The notes below the pieces were generated by a model. The model searched no databases. It was not told the DNA's origin and worked only from the letters and a program-made list of their open reading frames with translations. From positions 1,183 through 65,182 of IMG/VR virus record IMGVR_UViG_3300021256_000013: a stretch of DNA of 64,000 nt; one strand, given 5' to 3'. Every line of letters starts with the position of its first letter. Position 1 is the first letter of the stretch. This stretch comes from a virus. Its lineage: Duplodnaviria > Caudoviricetes. The position numbers and the translations under genes are program-made. Of the stretch, positions 27,645 to 35,985 are shown piece by piece.

Positions 27645-28729
27645 CGCCTGTTCCCCCGTGCCTGTTTCTGGCAATTGAAGCAGAGGGGCTGTCCGAAGTG
27701 CTGGGTGGAATAATCCCAAACCTTCTCGTTTATCACAGAGCCGCATTTGCTGCACTGGAAATCATTGGCCCTGGTCTGCATTGTTTGGGGAGCGTGCTGC
27801 ACAGGTGCTTGGGAGAATTGGTTTGAGTGGTACTGCTGGGAGGCAGCCTGTTGCACCTGTGCGGGCATCGCGTTCGGTGGTTGCTGATACGCAGGCTGTA
27901 AGGGAGCAGCCTGTGCCAGCTGCGGAGTGGGGGCTTCCTCGTAGGTGCCGTCCACGTACTGGTCATAGTTTTCGCCATCTGAAGCTTCAATCGCCGCCAC
28001 TTCCGGAACCTGCGCTTCGATCTGCTCGATCGCAGGAGCTTTGATGGCGGGTGTTACCCCAAACAGATTGGAAGATGATGCGAACATCGCTTCGATAGCC
28101 GCCCGCTTTACGTCTGCCTGATCGAGATTCGGAACGAGGTAGGCAACCACGAATGGCTTCTGGAGCTCCTGCTGGGTATACCCGCTCTTGACATGCAAGG
28201 CGGTTCTGATCGCCCCGTTGAGAGCCTTAGCCTCACATATCTGTGCGCGGTGCTTCATGAACTCATTTTTCTGAGCTTCCGTCATGCCGCGTGTGGCATC
28301 ATCGATGATGATCTCATGTGTATCTGTGACTGTTACAATCTCTCCGGTAAGCTGCGGCACTGCGATCGTGACCCTGTAGGCTACGTCCTTGTTCGGGCAC
28401 TCCCAGCACCGGGGGGAAGTGCGGGACGCAGCGCTTGCTGCGGAGCACTTCTGACAGGTGGTCGGAATGACATGCTCAGAAGAGATCATTTTGATCCCGG
28501 CTCCATCGGCCAGTTTCTTCAGTCCATTCTTTGTGATAGCGAGAAGTTTCGTACGCTTCTCATAGTAGACATCCCCTTTATTTGTATCCGGGTCAATCTT
28601 GATGACCTGGATCACGGGAGACTTGATAGCAGGAATCCTTGCCACTACAGTGGTATCCCCAAGCAGATTGAACCTGTCTGTCGGATACTGCTGTTCAATG
28701 GCAATGATATTCGCTGTGGATTCGCTCAT
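27641..28729 (-). CDS. Putative recombination (ssDNA-annealing-like) protein with C-terminal Zn-ribbon
   Basis: Globular N-terminus, P/Q-rich linker, CSKCG...VWDYSTQHFGQPLCFNCQ. First gene before the nuclease. Confidence 0.55.
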   Translation of the reverse strand: MSESTANIIAIEQQYPTDRFNLLGDTTVVARIPAIKSPVIQVIKIDPDTNKGDVYYEKRTKLLAITKNGLKKLADGAGIKMISSEHVIPTTCQKCSAASAASRTSPRCWECPNKDVAYRVTIAVPQLTGEIVTVTDTHEIIIDDATRGMTEAQKNEFMKHRAQICEAKALNGAIRTALHVKSGYTQQELQKPFVVAYLVPNLDQADVKRAAIEAMFASSSNLFGVTPAIKAPAIEQIEAQVPEVAAIEASDGENYDQYVDGTYEEAPTPQLAQAAPLQPAYQQPPNAMPAQVQQAASQQYHSNQFSQAPVQHAPQTMQTRANDFQCSKCGSVINEKVWDYSTQHFGQPLCFNCQKQARGNRR

Positions 28730-28746
28730 AGATGTACCTCCGATAA

Positions 28747-28891
28747 TTGATTTTATTCCGCATCTCTGCTATACTCAGAGGTGCTGATAGCTTATTAAGT
28801 TCACCGACTAAGTAAGCTGATTAGTTCTGACAACTCTCGTCCTGGTGCTATCGTCCGTCAACGTGGTACCATCCAGGGACGGGAGTTTTTT
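28747..28891 (+). ncRNA. Putative antisense small RNA with its own promoter and terminator
   Basis: TTGATT(28747)-N17-TATACT(28770) with extended TG, then AACTCTCGTCCTGG...CCAGGGACGGGAGTT and a T-run ending at 28891. Confidence 0.6.
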
Positions 28892-28904
28892 ATGCTCTTG
28901 TACC

Positions 28905-29171
28905 TCATGCCGCTTCATCCTCCCTGCGTCTGACTGTCACATAGCGGCTCTCCTTCCTGTTGGCATACCAGTCATGGATACTTCCTGAAGAGAAGTAAGA
29001 CAGCCACAGGAGCGCAGCCACAATGACAAACCAGTCGAACGCTGAAGTTACCTGATCGGCCAGCCCGGCCACATCGATCAGCTTCGTGATGATTCCTGTC
29101 ACTACAACAGAAGCGCCAATCTCGCCGATCCTGATCTTGCTCTCAATGTAATCATCCAAAATATCCCTCAT
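28905..29171 (-). CDS. Small membrane protein
   Basis: Two hydrophobic segments, RBS GGGGAG. Confidence 0.6.
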   Translation of the reverse strand: MRDILDDYIESKIRIGEIGASVVVTGIITKLIDVAGLADQVTSAFDWFVIVAALLWLSYFSSGSIHDWYANRKESRYVTVRRREDEAA

Positions 29172-29183
29172 TGTTCTCCCCTT

Positions 29184-29351
29184 TCATATCGCTATCTTCA
29201 GCTGCCCGTCTTCGCCTTCAGCCATCAGCTGATAAAGCCTTTCCTGAATCTCGGCTTTCTTGTCATTGAGCCTTTCCTTTTCTTCTACGCAATCGCAGGT
29301 TTCTCCCGGATCCAGATATGCACCGCACTCCGGGCAGATATAACCGTACAT
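29184..29351 (-). CDS. 55-aa Cys-rich phage protein, below the ORF track cutoff
   Basis: MYGYICPECGAYLDPGETCDCVEEKE..., RBS GGAGTGG. Confidence 0.7.
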   Translation of the reverse strand: MYGYICPECGAYLDPGETCDCVEEKERLNDKKAEIQERLYQLMAEGEDGQLKIAI

Positions 29352-29582
29352 TTACACCACTCCCTCCTCGATCATGAAGTTTCTGTTGAATATCCTCTTC
29401 GGAACACGTCCGGCGGGATAATCATTCGACAGCAGCCCTTTGGCCTGATACTCTTCACGAAGGTTCTGGCATACTTTGTATGCTTTCGACTTTCCGACTC
29501 CGAGCATCTGCCCGACTTCCTCTGCCTTGTAATAGGACCTTGCTTCCAGATCCAGCTCCTTAACAACGCCTCTTTTTGCCAT
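29352..29582 (-). CDS. Excisionase-like (Xis/RDF) HTH protein
   Basis: YYKAEEVGQMLGVGKSKAYKVCQNLREE...GRVPKRIF. Confidence 0.7.
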   Translation of the reverse strand: MAKRGVVKELDLEARSYYKAEEVGQMLGVGKSKAYKVCQNLREEYQAKGLLSNDYPAGRVPKRIFNRNFMIEEGVV

Positions 29583-30060
29583 GTTCTGACCTGTACCTTT
29601 CTACCTGGATTTCCATGTTCTTAAACCTTCCGATAAGCTCATGCATATCATCCACGATCTTCCGGAATGCCCCTTCCTCCGCCTCGTCTACCAGTCCATC
29701 TGCCATAATGTTCAGAAGCATCTCCCTTTCCGAAACGAGCTTCCCGCAGGAAATTGCTACCTGTATAGCCAGGCATTCAGCGGATTCTTCCGTGATCTTC
29801 GGCAGGTTCCTTCCGAGCGGACAGCACTCAGAGCAGTAGTAGTACTGCAGGTCTTCCCTCTCGCATGCCAAAGAGATCAGCCGGGCTTCCTCCGGCGTCG
29901 GGTTCTGCGTCCCGGCCTCGATAGCTGCCAAACGATGATGGTCTATGCCGGTCTCATCCTCAAGGCCCTCACGGGAGCCAAAGCTCTGATCGTGTTCGGA
30001 ATGCTCCTTTCGTGCGAGATACCACACGTTAGTCAGGGTGCTTGCCCTAAATTTTGGCAT
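29560..30060 (-). CDS. XRE/CII-like phage regulator
   Basis: SREGLEDETGIDHHRLAAIEAG...YYCSECCPLG...IMADGLVDEAE. Confidence 0.75.
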   Translation of the reverse strand: MPKFRASTLTNVWYLARKEHSEHDQSFGSREGLEDETGIDHHRLAAIEAGTQNPTPEEARLISLACEREDLQYYYCSECCPLGRNLPKITEESAECLAIQVAISCGKLVSEREMLLNIMADGLVDEAEEGAFRKIVDDMHELIGRFKNMEIQVERYRSEHGKKRRC

Positions 30061-30073
30061 TAACTCCACCTCC

Positions 30074-30325
30074 TCACTGCGCTACACTGCAGGCAGGTAC
30101 CTGATAGGGATACGGGGTCTTCACTCCAAGGTAAGCGTTGATTGCATCTGCGATTTCAGGTGCAATACTGTTCTCAGTAATTGTCTTGACAACGCGCGTG
30201 CGTTCAAATCCAATCGCTTCTGCAAGTTCGGCATGGGTCATGTCCTTCTCAATACATTTGATACGGACTTCCTTCTGCCATTCAGACCGTGGTCTCCGAG
30301 TCCTTCTTCTTGTTGCCTCTGGCAT
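30074..30325 (-). CDS. Cro-like HTH protein
   Basis: EVRIKCIEKDMTHAELAEAIGFERTRV, divergent from the repressor, strong RBS. Confidence 0.75.
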   Translation of the reverse strand: MPEATRRRTRRPRSEWQKEVRIKCIEKDMTHAELAEAIGFERTRVVKTITENSIAPEIADAINAYLGVKTPYPYQVPACSVAQ

Positions 30326-30374
30326 TTTCAGTTCCTCCTTTCTCGTTTACTTTTTGTGGCACAGTTGTTAAAAT

Positions 30375-30477
30375 GGCAATAAGCGTGTGCATCGTCACTT
30401 TTGCCGGGCGTCGATGCACCGCAATCATTTCCTGCCAGGGAAAGCTCCTTCATGAGCGGTTGCCGCCGCTTATTGCC
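30375..30477 (-). ncRNA. Structured RNA element in the cro 5' leader
   Basis: Perfect 11-bp closing stem GGCAATAAGCG/CGCTTATTGCC enclosing three hairpins. Confidence 0.5.
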
Positions 30478-30512
30478 TTTTATTGTTTGGTGGCACAAGT
30501 AGCCACAACCAC

Positions 30513-30563
30513 ATAATACTATCGTATTCGATACTTGTCAACATAAGAATATCGTATTCGATA
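30513..30563. promoter_or_regulatory. Lytic promoter and two repressor operators
   Basis: Minus-strand TTGACA(30541-30536)-N17-TATTAT(30518-30513). Identical palindromes TATCG-TATT-CGATA at 30520-30533 and 30550-30563. Confidence 0.82.
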
Positions 30564-30594
30564 GTTTTGTGTGGTGGAATGTGTGGGTAATAGT

Positions 30595-30981
30595 ATGGGA
30601 ATCATTTCACGTATCAAAGACTGTGCGAAAAAGAAAGGCCTGACAATTGGCGAGGTGGAAAAGGCCTGCAACCTTGGAGAGAACAGTATTTATAAATGGG
30701 ATCGAAGTTCACCGTCACTTGACAAAGTACTGCGGGTAGCAAATTTGATAGATGTATCTATCGACTATCTCGCAACCGGTGAAAATGCGCCAGTTTCTTC
30801 GTTATCTGACATTGATGTCAAGATTCTTAATAGCCTTCATATGCTCGATGATAAGACACAGAGTGATTTCTTGGGGTTTATTGAAATCTTTAGACAAGCG
30901 CATCCAGATAACATGAAGGAACTTGGGCTTATATCTGATACTCAGGAATTGCAAGAAAGGAGAATGATCTCTTCAAAATAA
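30595..30981 (+). CDS. CI-like repressor (XRE HTH)
   Basis: RIKDCAKKKGLTIGEVEKACNLGENSIYKWDRSSPSLDKVLRVANLIDVSIDYL. Confidence 0.85.
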   Translation: MGIISRIKDCAKKKGLTIGEVEKACNLGENSIYKWDRSSPSLDKVLRVANLIDVSIDYLATGENAPVSSLSDIDVKILNSLHMLDDKTQSDFLGFIEIFRQAHPDNMKELGLISDTQELQERRMISSK

Positions 30982-31075
30982 TAAGCCTCGAGTGGCACCG
31001 GGGCCATCCAGAAGAGTTGAAAGCAATCAAAAAGCGGAATAAACGTCGAAGGATGATAAAGATAGAGAAGCATAA

Positions 31076-31711
31076 ATGAACGACAATATTTCCTCAAAAA
31101 TAGATAAGCTGCTTTCCTTGTCTCATTCGGACAATATAAACGAGGCCAGATCAGCGCTTGATAAAGCAAGGCTTCTAATTCAAAAACAACAAAGGGATCT
31201 TAACCGATCAGGAATAGCAGCTGATCCGACCAAGCAATCACGAAAGGTCACTATTCACGGCCAGGTTGTTGATCTGTCCAAGCAATCAGGACGGAAGAAG
31301 TGGGAAATTCTTCGCCACTTAGAAATAATGGAGGAAAGCATAGACATTGTGAATAAGTCAAACAACCTTTCTACTGTAATAACTCGTCTGGATACTGCGA
31401 TTACTGAATTAAGCTGGCTTATAAAATGCAAAGATTCCGACCTTGTTTCATGTAAACTAAAGCGTTCCGAACAATTAAAAGAACAGCTTTCATCATTGAT
31501 TGCGAATAAACCAAAAATAATAACCAACGGCATCAAACGTGCAAGCTCTGCCGCGATAGCGCACGCTAAAACTCTGAAGACGCCAAGAGGACAGATTGAT
31601 CATATTGAGTCCTTTATTGAAGAATCATTATTGTTAAAGGGGTTATATCAAGAAAACATAGATGCATTGCTCTCAATAAGAGCTGCGTTGCATAAGAATG
31701 CACCGCAATGA
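31076..31711 (+). CDS. Low-GC hypothetical protein with DUF2786-like N-terminus
   Basis: SKIDKLLSLSHSDNINEARSALDKARLLIQK. Confidence 0.6.
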   Translation: MNDNISSKIDKLLSLSHSDNINEARSALDKARLLIQKQQRDLNRSGIAADPTKQSRKVTIHGQVVDLSKQSGRKKWEILRHLEIMEESIDIVNKSNNLSTVITRLDTAITELSWLIKCKDSDLVSCKLKRSEQLKEQLSSLIANKPKIITNGIKRASSAAIAHAKTLKTPRGQIDHIESFIEESLLLKGLYQENIDALLSIRAALHKNAPQ

Positions 31712-32019
31712 TTGGAGGTAAGACGATGAGACATGGCATGCTCTATAACATTAGGCTTTCCATTGATGGACGGGAGGCCAGCGCTGTTCTGGCAGGAGAC
31801 AATACGAGAGATGGAGGAGCCGAGGCATATCACGCTTCAAAAGTGTTCCGTGATCTATTTATAGGAAATGATCAGTATGACACTCTGACGTTAACGGTTA
31901 TTGATCGCGAGGATCCGAAGCACATCCTCTGGTGCTTCAAGTTAAAACTTCATGACGATTATGAAAATTATATCCTTGATCTGGTCGGCGGGGAATTTCT
32001 GGCCGGCCTTTCAGCGTGA
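31708..32019 (+). CDS. Hypothetical protein
   Basis: Coupled ORF in the lysogeny operon. Confidence 0.55.
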   Translation: MIGGKTMRHGMLYNIRLSIDGREASAVLAGDNTRDGGAEAYHASKVFRDLFIGNDQYDTLTLTVIDREDPKHILWCFKLKLHDDYENYILDLVGGEFLAGLSA

Positions 32020-32027
32020 GGTGAATT

Positions 32028-32378
32028 ATGACAGTCGGTGAACGAATAAAGGAGCTGAGGGAAGAACACGGATACAGCCAGACGGACGTCGCTGCAGGAA
32101 CCGGATCCACCTCGATCGTTATCAGTAATATCGAGACAGGTCGGTGCGGAGTAAAGATCGATCTGCTCTGCGCCCTGTCGGAATTTTTTAATGTATCGAC
32201 GGATTACCTGGCCGGAATAACAGATAAGCGCTCCAAGACGTACATTGTCTTTGAAAGCCCGGATGAACACGACCTCCTTGACGGGTTCCGGAAGATGAAC
32301 AAATCTCAAAAGAGGATCCTGCTCGGGACCATGGAAGACATTCTTTCCCGTAAGGAGGCAAACAATGCCGGTATATAA
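32028..32378 (+). CDS. Second XRE-family HTH regulator
   Basis: GERIKELREEHGYSQTDVA...IETGRCG...SEFFNVSTDYLAG. Confidence 0.85.
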   Translation: MTVGERIKELREEHGYSQTDVAAGTGSTSIVISNIETGRCGVKIDLLCALSEFFNVSTDYLAGITDKRSKTYIVFESPDEHDLLDGFRKMNKSQKRILLGTMEDILSRKEANNAGI

Positions 32379-33435
32379 GGATGCTGAACGTGGTACCTGG
32401 TATGCCAGCTTCCACTATACGGATTACACCGGCATAAACAGGAGGAAGCTTAAGCGGGGATTCAAGAAGAAAAGCGAAGCACAGGAATATGAAAGGCAGT
32501 TCAAGGAGCGTGGCCATAAGGATCCGACCATCACTTACGCTGCATTTGAAAAGGAATATATAAACGACTGCAAGCACAGGTTCAAGCCAACGACAATCGT
32601 TGGGAAGGAGAACACCCAGAACAATTATATCATTCCATACTTCGGAAAAATGAAGCTGTGCGATATCACGCCTCTGAAGGTTCGAACATGGCAGAATGAG
32701 ATGATGGAGGACGGTGCGTATGCTGATACCACGCTGAATCGCATGCATGCCGAATTCTCCTCCGCTTTGAATTATGCCGTGAAGTATTTCAATCTTCAGC
32801 AGAATCCGTGCCGGCTGGCCGGATCCATGGGAGCACAGACCGCTGCGGAGATGAAGATCTGGACGCAGGAGCAGTTTGAAGAATTCATCAAGCATGAGAA
32901 GAAGGCTGCATACCGCATAGCATTCATGACCCTGTATTGGACAGGCATGAGGGCCGGGGAGCTGCTGGCGCTGACTCCTGAGGACATAGAGCGGGATAAG
33001 ATGGTGATCCATGTGAACAAGGGATTCGCCGTGGTGGATGGCGCGGAGCTGTTCCTGACTCCAAAGACACCGTCCTCGAAACGAGATATCGAGATCAACA
33101 GCCAGCTCCATGAGGAGCTACTTAAGTATATCGACGGTATGGTGATCGGGAGAAAGGAGCGGCTGTTTTACTTCCAGCGGCCCGGAATGCTGAAAGAGTT
33201 CCACAAGAAAAGCGAAGAGGCTGGCCTTGAGCCGATCCGCCTTCATGATCTCCGGCATTCCCATGCTTCCTGGCTGATCCATAAAGGGATCCCGATCACG
33301 GCGATCTCGAAAAGGCTTGGCCATCGGGACCCGTCAGTTACGCTCAAGGTGTACTCGCATCTGATGCCCGGAGACGAAAGGAGCGTCGCTGAAAAGATCG
33401 AAGAAAGCATCCGCGAATCAGCTGATACCAAGTGA
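32365..33435 (+). CDS. int: Tyrosine integrase
   Basis: Arm-binding N-terminus (RKLKRGFKKKSEAQEYE), TGMRAGELLAL, HDLRHSHAS, RLGH, VY. Confidence 0.95.
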   Translation: MPVYKDAERGTWYASFHYTDYTGINRRKLKRGFKKKSEAQEYERQFKERGHKDPTITYAAFEKEYINDCKHRFKPTTIVGKENTQNNYIIPYFGKMKLCDITPLKVRTWQNEMMEDGAYADTTLNRMHAEFSSALNYAVKYFNLQQNPCRLAGSMGAQTAAEMKIWTQEQFEEFIKHEKKAAYRIAFMTLYWTGMRAGELLALTPEDIERDKMVIHVNKGFAVVDGAELFLTPKTPSSKRDIEINSQLHEELLKYIDGMVIGRKERLFYFQRPGMLKEFHKKSEEAGLEPIRLHDLRHSHASWLIHKGIPITAISKRLGHRDPSVTLKVYSHLMPGDERSVAEKIEESIRESADTK

Positions 33436-33644
33436 TACCTTTTTGATACCTGAATTTTTCAAGAATGTATGGAATGAAAGGAAAGTGAAAAATCAAAGCC
33501 AGTAAATACGCAGAGGGGATCTGATCATTACGACCAGAACCCCTTTTGATACTCGACGACGAACTCGCTCCATATTTCCGGAAACCCTTGATTTTACTGC
33601 ATTTGCGATAGGTTAAAAGTTCTCTTTGATACCTTTTTGATACC
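33423..33644. other. Putative attP with integrase arm-type sites
   Basis: TGATACC at 33423, 33433, 33444, 33627 and 33638. The identical 18-mer TGATACCTTTTTGATACC at 33433 and 33627 brackets a non-coding interval right after int. Confidence 0.72.
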
Positions 33645-33693
33645 TTTTCTTCAAAAAAGCACCTTTTGGGGGACTGTTTTTATCCAAGTGAGG

Positions 33694-33909
33694 TTAAACA
33701 GTTTTATCATCCGGATGATACTCCAGGAGATCTCCGGGTTCACAGTTCAGGAACCGACAGAGAGCGTCCAGCGTCCTCAGGTCTATCGACTTAGCCGTGT
33801 TATTCCAAAGCGCGGCGATCGTTGGTCGGGTGCGTCCGGTTGCATCGATCAGCTGCTGTTTGTTCACGCGTCTGTCCCCTGCCATTCTGGATAACTTACA
33901 CTCAATCAT
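33694..33909 (-). CDS. Cro/C1-type HTH (HTH_26/YozG-like) regulator
   Basis: AKSIDLRTLDALCRFLNCEPGDLLEY. Confidence 0.85.
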   Translation of the reverse strand: MIECKLSRMAGDRRVNKQQLIDATGRTRPTIAALWNNTAKSIDLRTLDALCRFLNCEPGDLLEYHPDDKTV

Positions 33910-34141
33910 GATTACCTACTTTCTCGAACCTGTCAACACCAGGTATCAGGTTCAACCCTCGTCCATTTTCCCACTTTACCATAATGTGGCCAGCATCATC
34001 TACATTCTCGACTTCTCCAATCGTTCCCGGCTCAATGGGCCTCGGATCGTTCGGCATCTCGATCAGCCTGACTTTGGTACCTTCAGTGTACTCATCTCGC
34101 AGATGCAAGATGTACGATGTTCCAGGGAATCTGATTATCAT
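33902..34141 (-). CDS. DUF4314 domain protein
   Basis: GTKVRLIEMPNDPRPIEPGTIGEVENVDDAGHIMVKWENGRGLNLIPGVDRF. Confidence 0.85.
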   Translation of the reverse strand: MIIRFPGTSYILHLRDEYTEGTKVRLIEMPNDPRPIEPGTIGEVENVDDAGHIMVKWENGRGLNLIPGVDRFEKVGNHD

Positions 34142-34142
34142 A

Positions 34143-34325
34143 TCACTGCACCTCCTGTTTTGATCTTCGGACGATCTCATCTGTGATTTTAAGGAACCGT
34201 TCCATGAACCAGGGATATATAGCTTCCTTTCTGTCCATAAACTCCCTGATCGCACCGGCGCCGAATTCGTAACTGGCCCGGAGTTCTGCCATAGTTGAAG
34301 TATGAACGTCCTTCATATTATCCAT
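34143..34325 (-). CDS. Hypothetical protein
   Basis: 60-aa coupled ORF with RBS. Confidence 0.5.
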   Translation of the reverse strand: MDNMKDVHTSTMAELRASYEFGAGAIREFMDRKEAIYPWFMERFLKITDEIVRRSKQEVQ

Positions 34326-34329
34326 TGCT

Positions 34330-34548
34330 TCACCCCCAGATCGATTTCTTGATGACTTCGTTGTTGCTGTACAGCGGGCCTGAACCTGTCCATGAATATT
34401 GGCCATCAGGCCCACCAATGGCGTCAACGATCTTGTGGGTAGCTTCGTCAACGTCTGCAGCCCAAACCTGCAGCCTGATCTTTTCTCCTGTTTCCTTGTG
34501 CATCATTCCGACCGAGAAGAGTTGTACAGTCATTGTCATTGATACCAT
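34330..34548 (-). CDS. Hypothetical protein
   Basis: First ORF after the leftward promoter, RBS GAAAGGA. Confidence 0.6.
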   Translation of the reverse strand: MVSMTMTVQLFSVGMMHKETGEKIRLQVWAADVDEATHKIVDAIGGPDGQYSWTGSGPLYSNNEVIKKSIWG

Positions 34549-34596
34549 CCTTTCTGCCTCTTGCCCTGAGGCTGGGTGCTATTGTCCGTCAGGATC

Positions 34597-34706
34597 ATCC
34601 TACCACGATTTGAGAAGCGTGTCTATTATTTAAGAAAAAATATTTTCTAAAAAAGATAAAATATTTTTCAATTTGTGGTTGACAAGAGATGCTCTGGTGG
34701 TATCAT
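34597..34706. promoter_or_regulatory. Divergent promoter pair of the accessory module
   Basis: Minus TAGACA-N17-TAGGAT (34625-34597) and plus TTGACA-N16-TATCAT (34679-34706), both with extended TG. Two AAAATATTTT palindromes lie between them. Confidence 0.65.
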
Positions 34707-34794
34707 GACACTATCAACGGTACACTTGCTCAAACAACTATACAACATCTGGTATTGACGGATACCAACCACTTCACAGAAAGGAATTAAGAAA

Positions 34795-35715
34795 ATGTCA
34801 GAACTGATCAAAAAGCAGAGCTTCGGAGTTGAGATTGAGACCTACGGCATCAGCAGAGAGAAGGCAGCAAAGATCATTGCCAACCATTTCGGAACAGTGA
34901 ACACCATTAAGCACAATCGTTACAGTTATGATCGCTGGGAGTGCAAGGATAACAAGGGCAGGACATGGACAGCCATGAGCGACTGTTCCATCCAGGATCC
35001 GACCAGAATTAGCTGTGTGAATGGCAAGGTTGGATGCGAGATTGTTACCCCGCTCCTTCAGTATGAAGATATCGAGACTCTGCAGGAGATCATCCGGGAG
35101 CTCCGGGCAGGCGGTGCAAAAGCCAACAGCTCCTGCGGGATCCATGTCCATGTGGATGCTGCCATGCAGGACGCCAAGTCGCTCCGCAGACTGGTGAAAT
35201 TCTTCTTCTCACGTCAGGATCTTATCTACGATGCACTTCAGATCGGTGACAGAAAAGACCGCTGGTGCAAGCCAATCACCGAGAGTTTCATGACTGTCCT
35301 CCGCAAAGACAGAAACATCAGCCTCAGCAGCCTGGAGAATGAGTGGTACGGAAGGGCAAACGACGGTGCAGGATATGTAGACCATTCCCATTACAATCAC
35401 ACCCGCTATCACGCCCTTAACCTTCACAGTTACTTCACCGGCAAGGGGATTGAGTACAGGCTCTTCAATGGAACAACACACGCCGGCAAGATCAAAGCAT
35501 ACATTCAGTTCTGCCTCGCCCTGAGCGCTTGGGCAATCGAAGCGGATGAGTCTATCCGGTTCAATAGAAAAGACGGCCTCACCATGAAGCAGAAAGAGGA
35601 TCTGTGGTCATCGATCCTGCGCAACCGCCTCGGCCTTGTCGGCAAAGAGTTCGCAACATGCAGACAGTGGATGCTGGCCGGATATCATCAGGAATCCGGA
35701 CAGGTAGCAGCTTAA
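34795..35715 (+). CDS. Amidoligase_2 (COOH-NH2 ligase) family protein
   Basis: FGVEIE, DCSI, EIVTP, SCGIHVHV, YHALNL, IEYRLFNGT. Confidence 0.9.
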   Translation: MSELIKKQSFGVEIETYGISREKAAKIIANHFGTVNTIKHNRYSYDRWECKDNKGRTWTAMSDCSIQDPTRISCVNGKVGCEIVTPLLQYEDIETLQEIIRELRAGGAKANSSCGIHVHVDAAMQDAKSLRRLVKFFFSRQDLIYDALQIGDRKDRWCKPITESFMTVLRKDRNISLSSLENEWYGRANDGAGYVDHSHYNHTRYHALNLHSYFTGKGIEYRLFNGTTHAGKIKAYIQFCLALSAWAIEADESIRFNRKDGLTMKQKEDLWSSILRNRLGLVGKEFATCRQWMLAGYHQESGQVAA

Positions 35716-35763
35716 CACCATAATGGCTGACCTATCGGCCTGACGGGGAGAAAGGAATCGGCA

Positions 35764-35970
35764 ATGAATAAAGTTATGGAGCTTCACAAACAGGTAATGA
35801 TGGCAGCTATGGACCAGACTATTACTGATGCTGAGTATTATAAGATCCTTGAGTCGTGCCTGGATGAAATGGAGAAAATCGGGATATCGGACGCAGATAT
35901 GGAAAATATAGAAGCTGACGTACTGACGACCATGCTTATGATGGCCGGCCCGATAAAGGCAGTAGGTTGA
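35764..35970 (+). CDS. Small acidic hypothetical protein
   Basis: RBS plus ORF in the amidoligase operon. Confidence 0.55.
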   Translation: MNKVMELHKQVMMAAMDQTITDAEYYKILESCLDEMEKIGISDADMENIEADVLTTMLMMAGPIKAVG

Positions 35971-35985
35971 AAATGGGGAATCGAG

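Noticed and set aside
32188-33111. 307-aa minus-strand ORF opposite the integrase
   Set aside because: Shadow frame with no domain signature.
33545-33575. Sequence ending ...CTCGCTCCA in attP resembling a tRNA 3' end
   Set aside because: Lacks the GTTCRA T-loop and acceptor pairing, so it was not called as a tRNA fragment.
33705-33720. Perfect 16-bp palindrome TATCATCCGGATGATA
   Set aside because: Lies inside the HTH coding end, has different spacing from the N11 operator, and occurs once. Likely chance.
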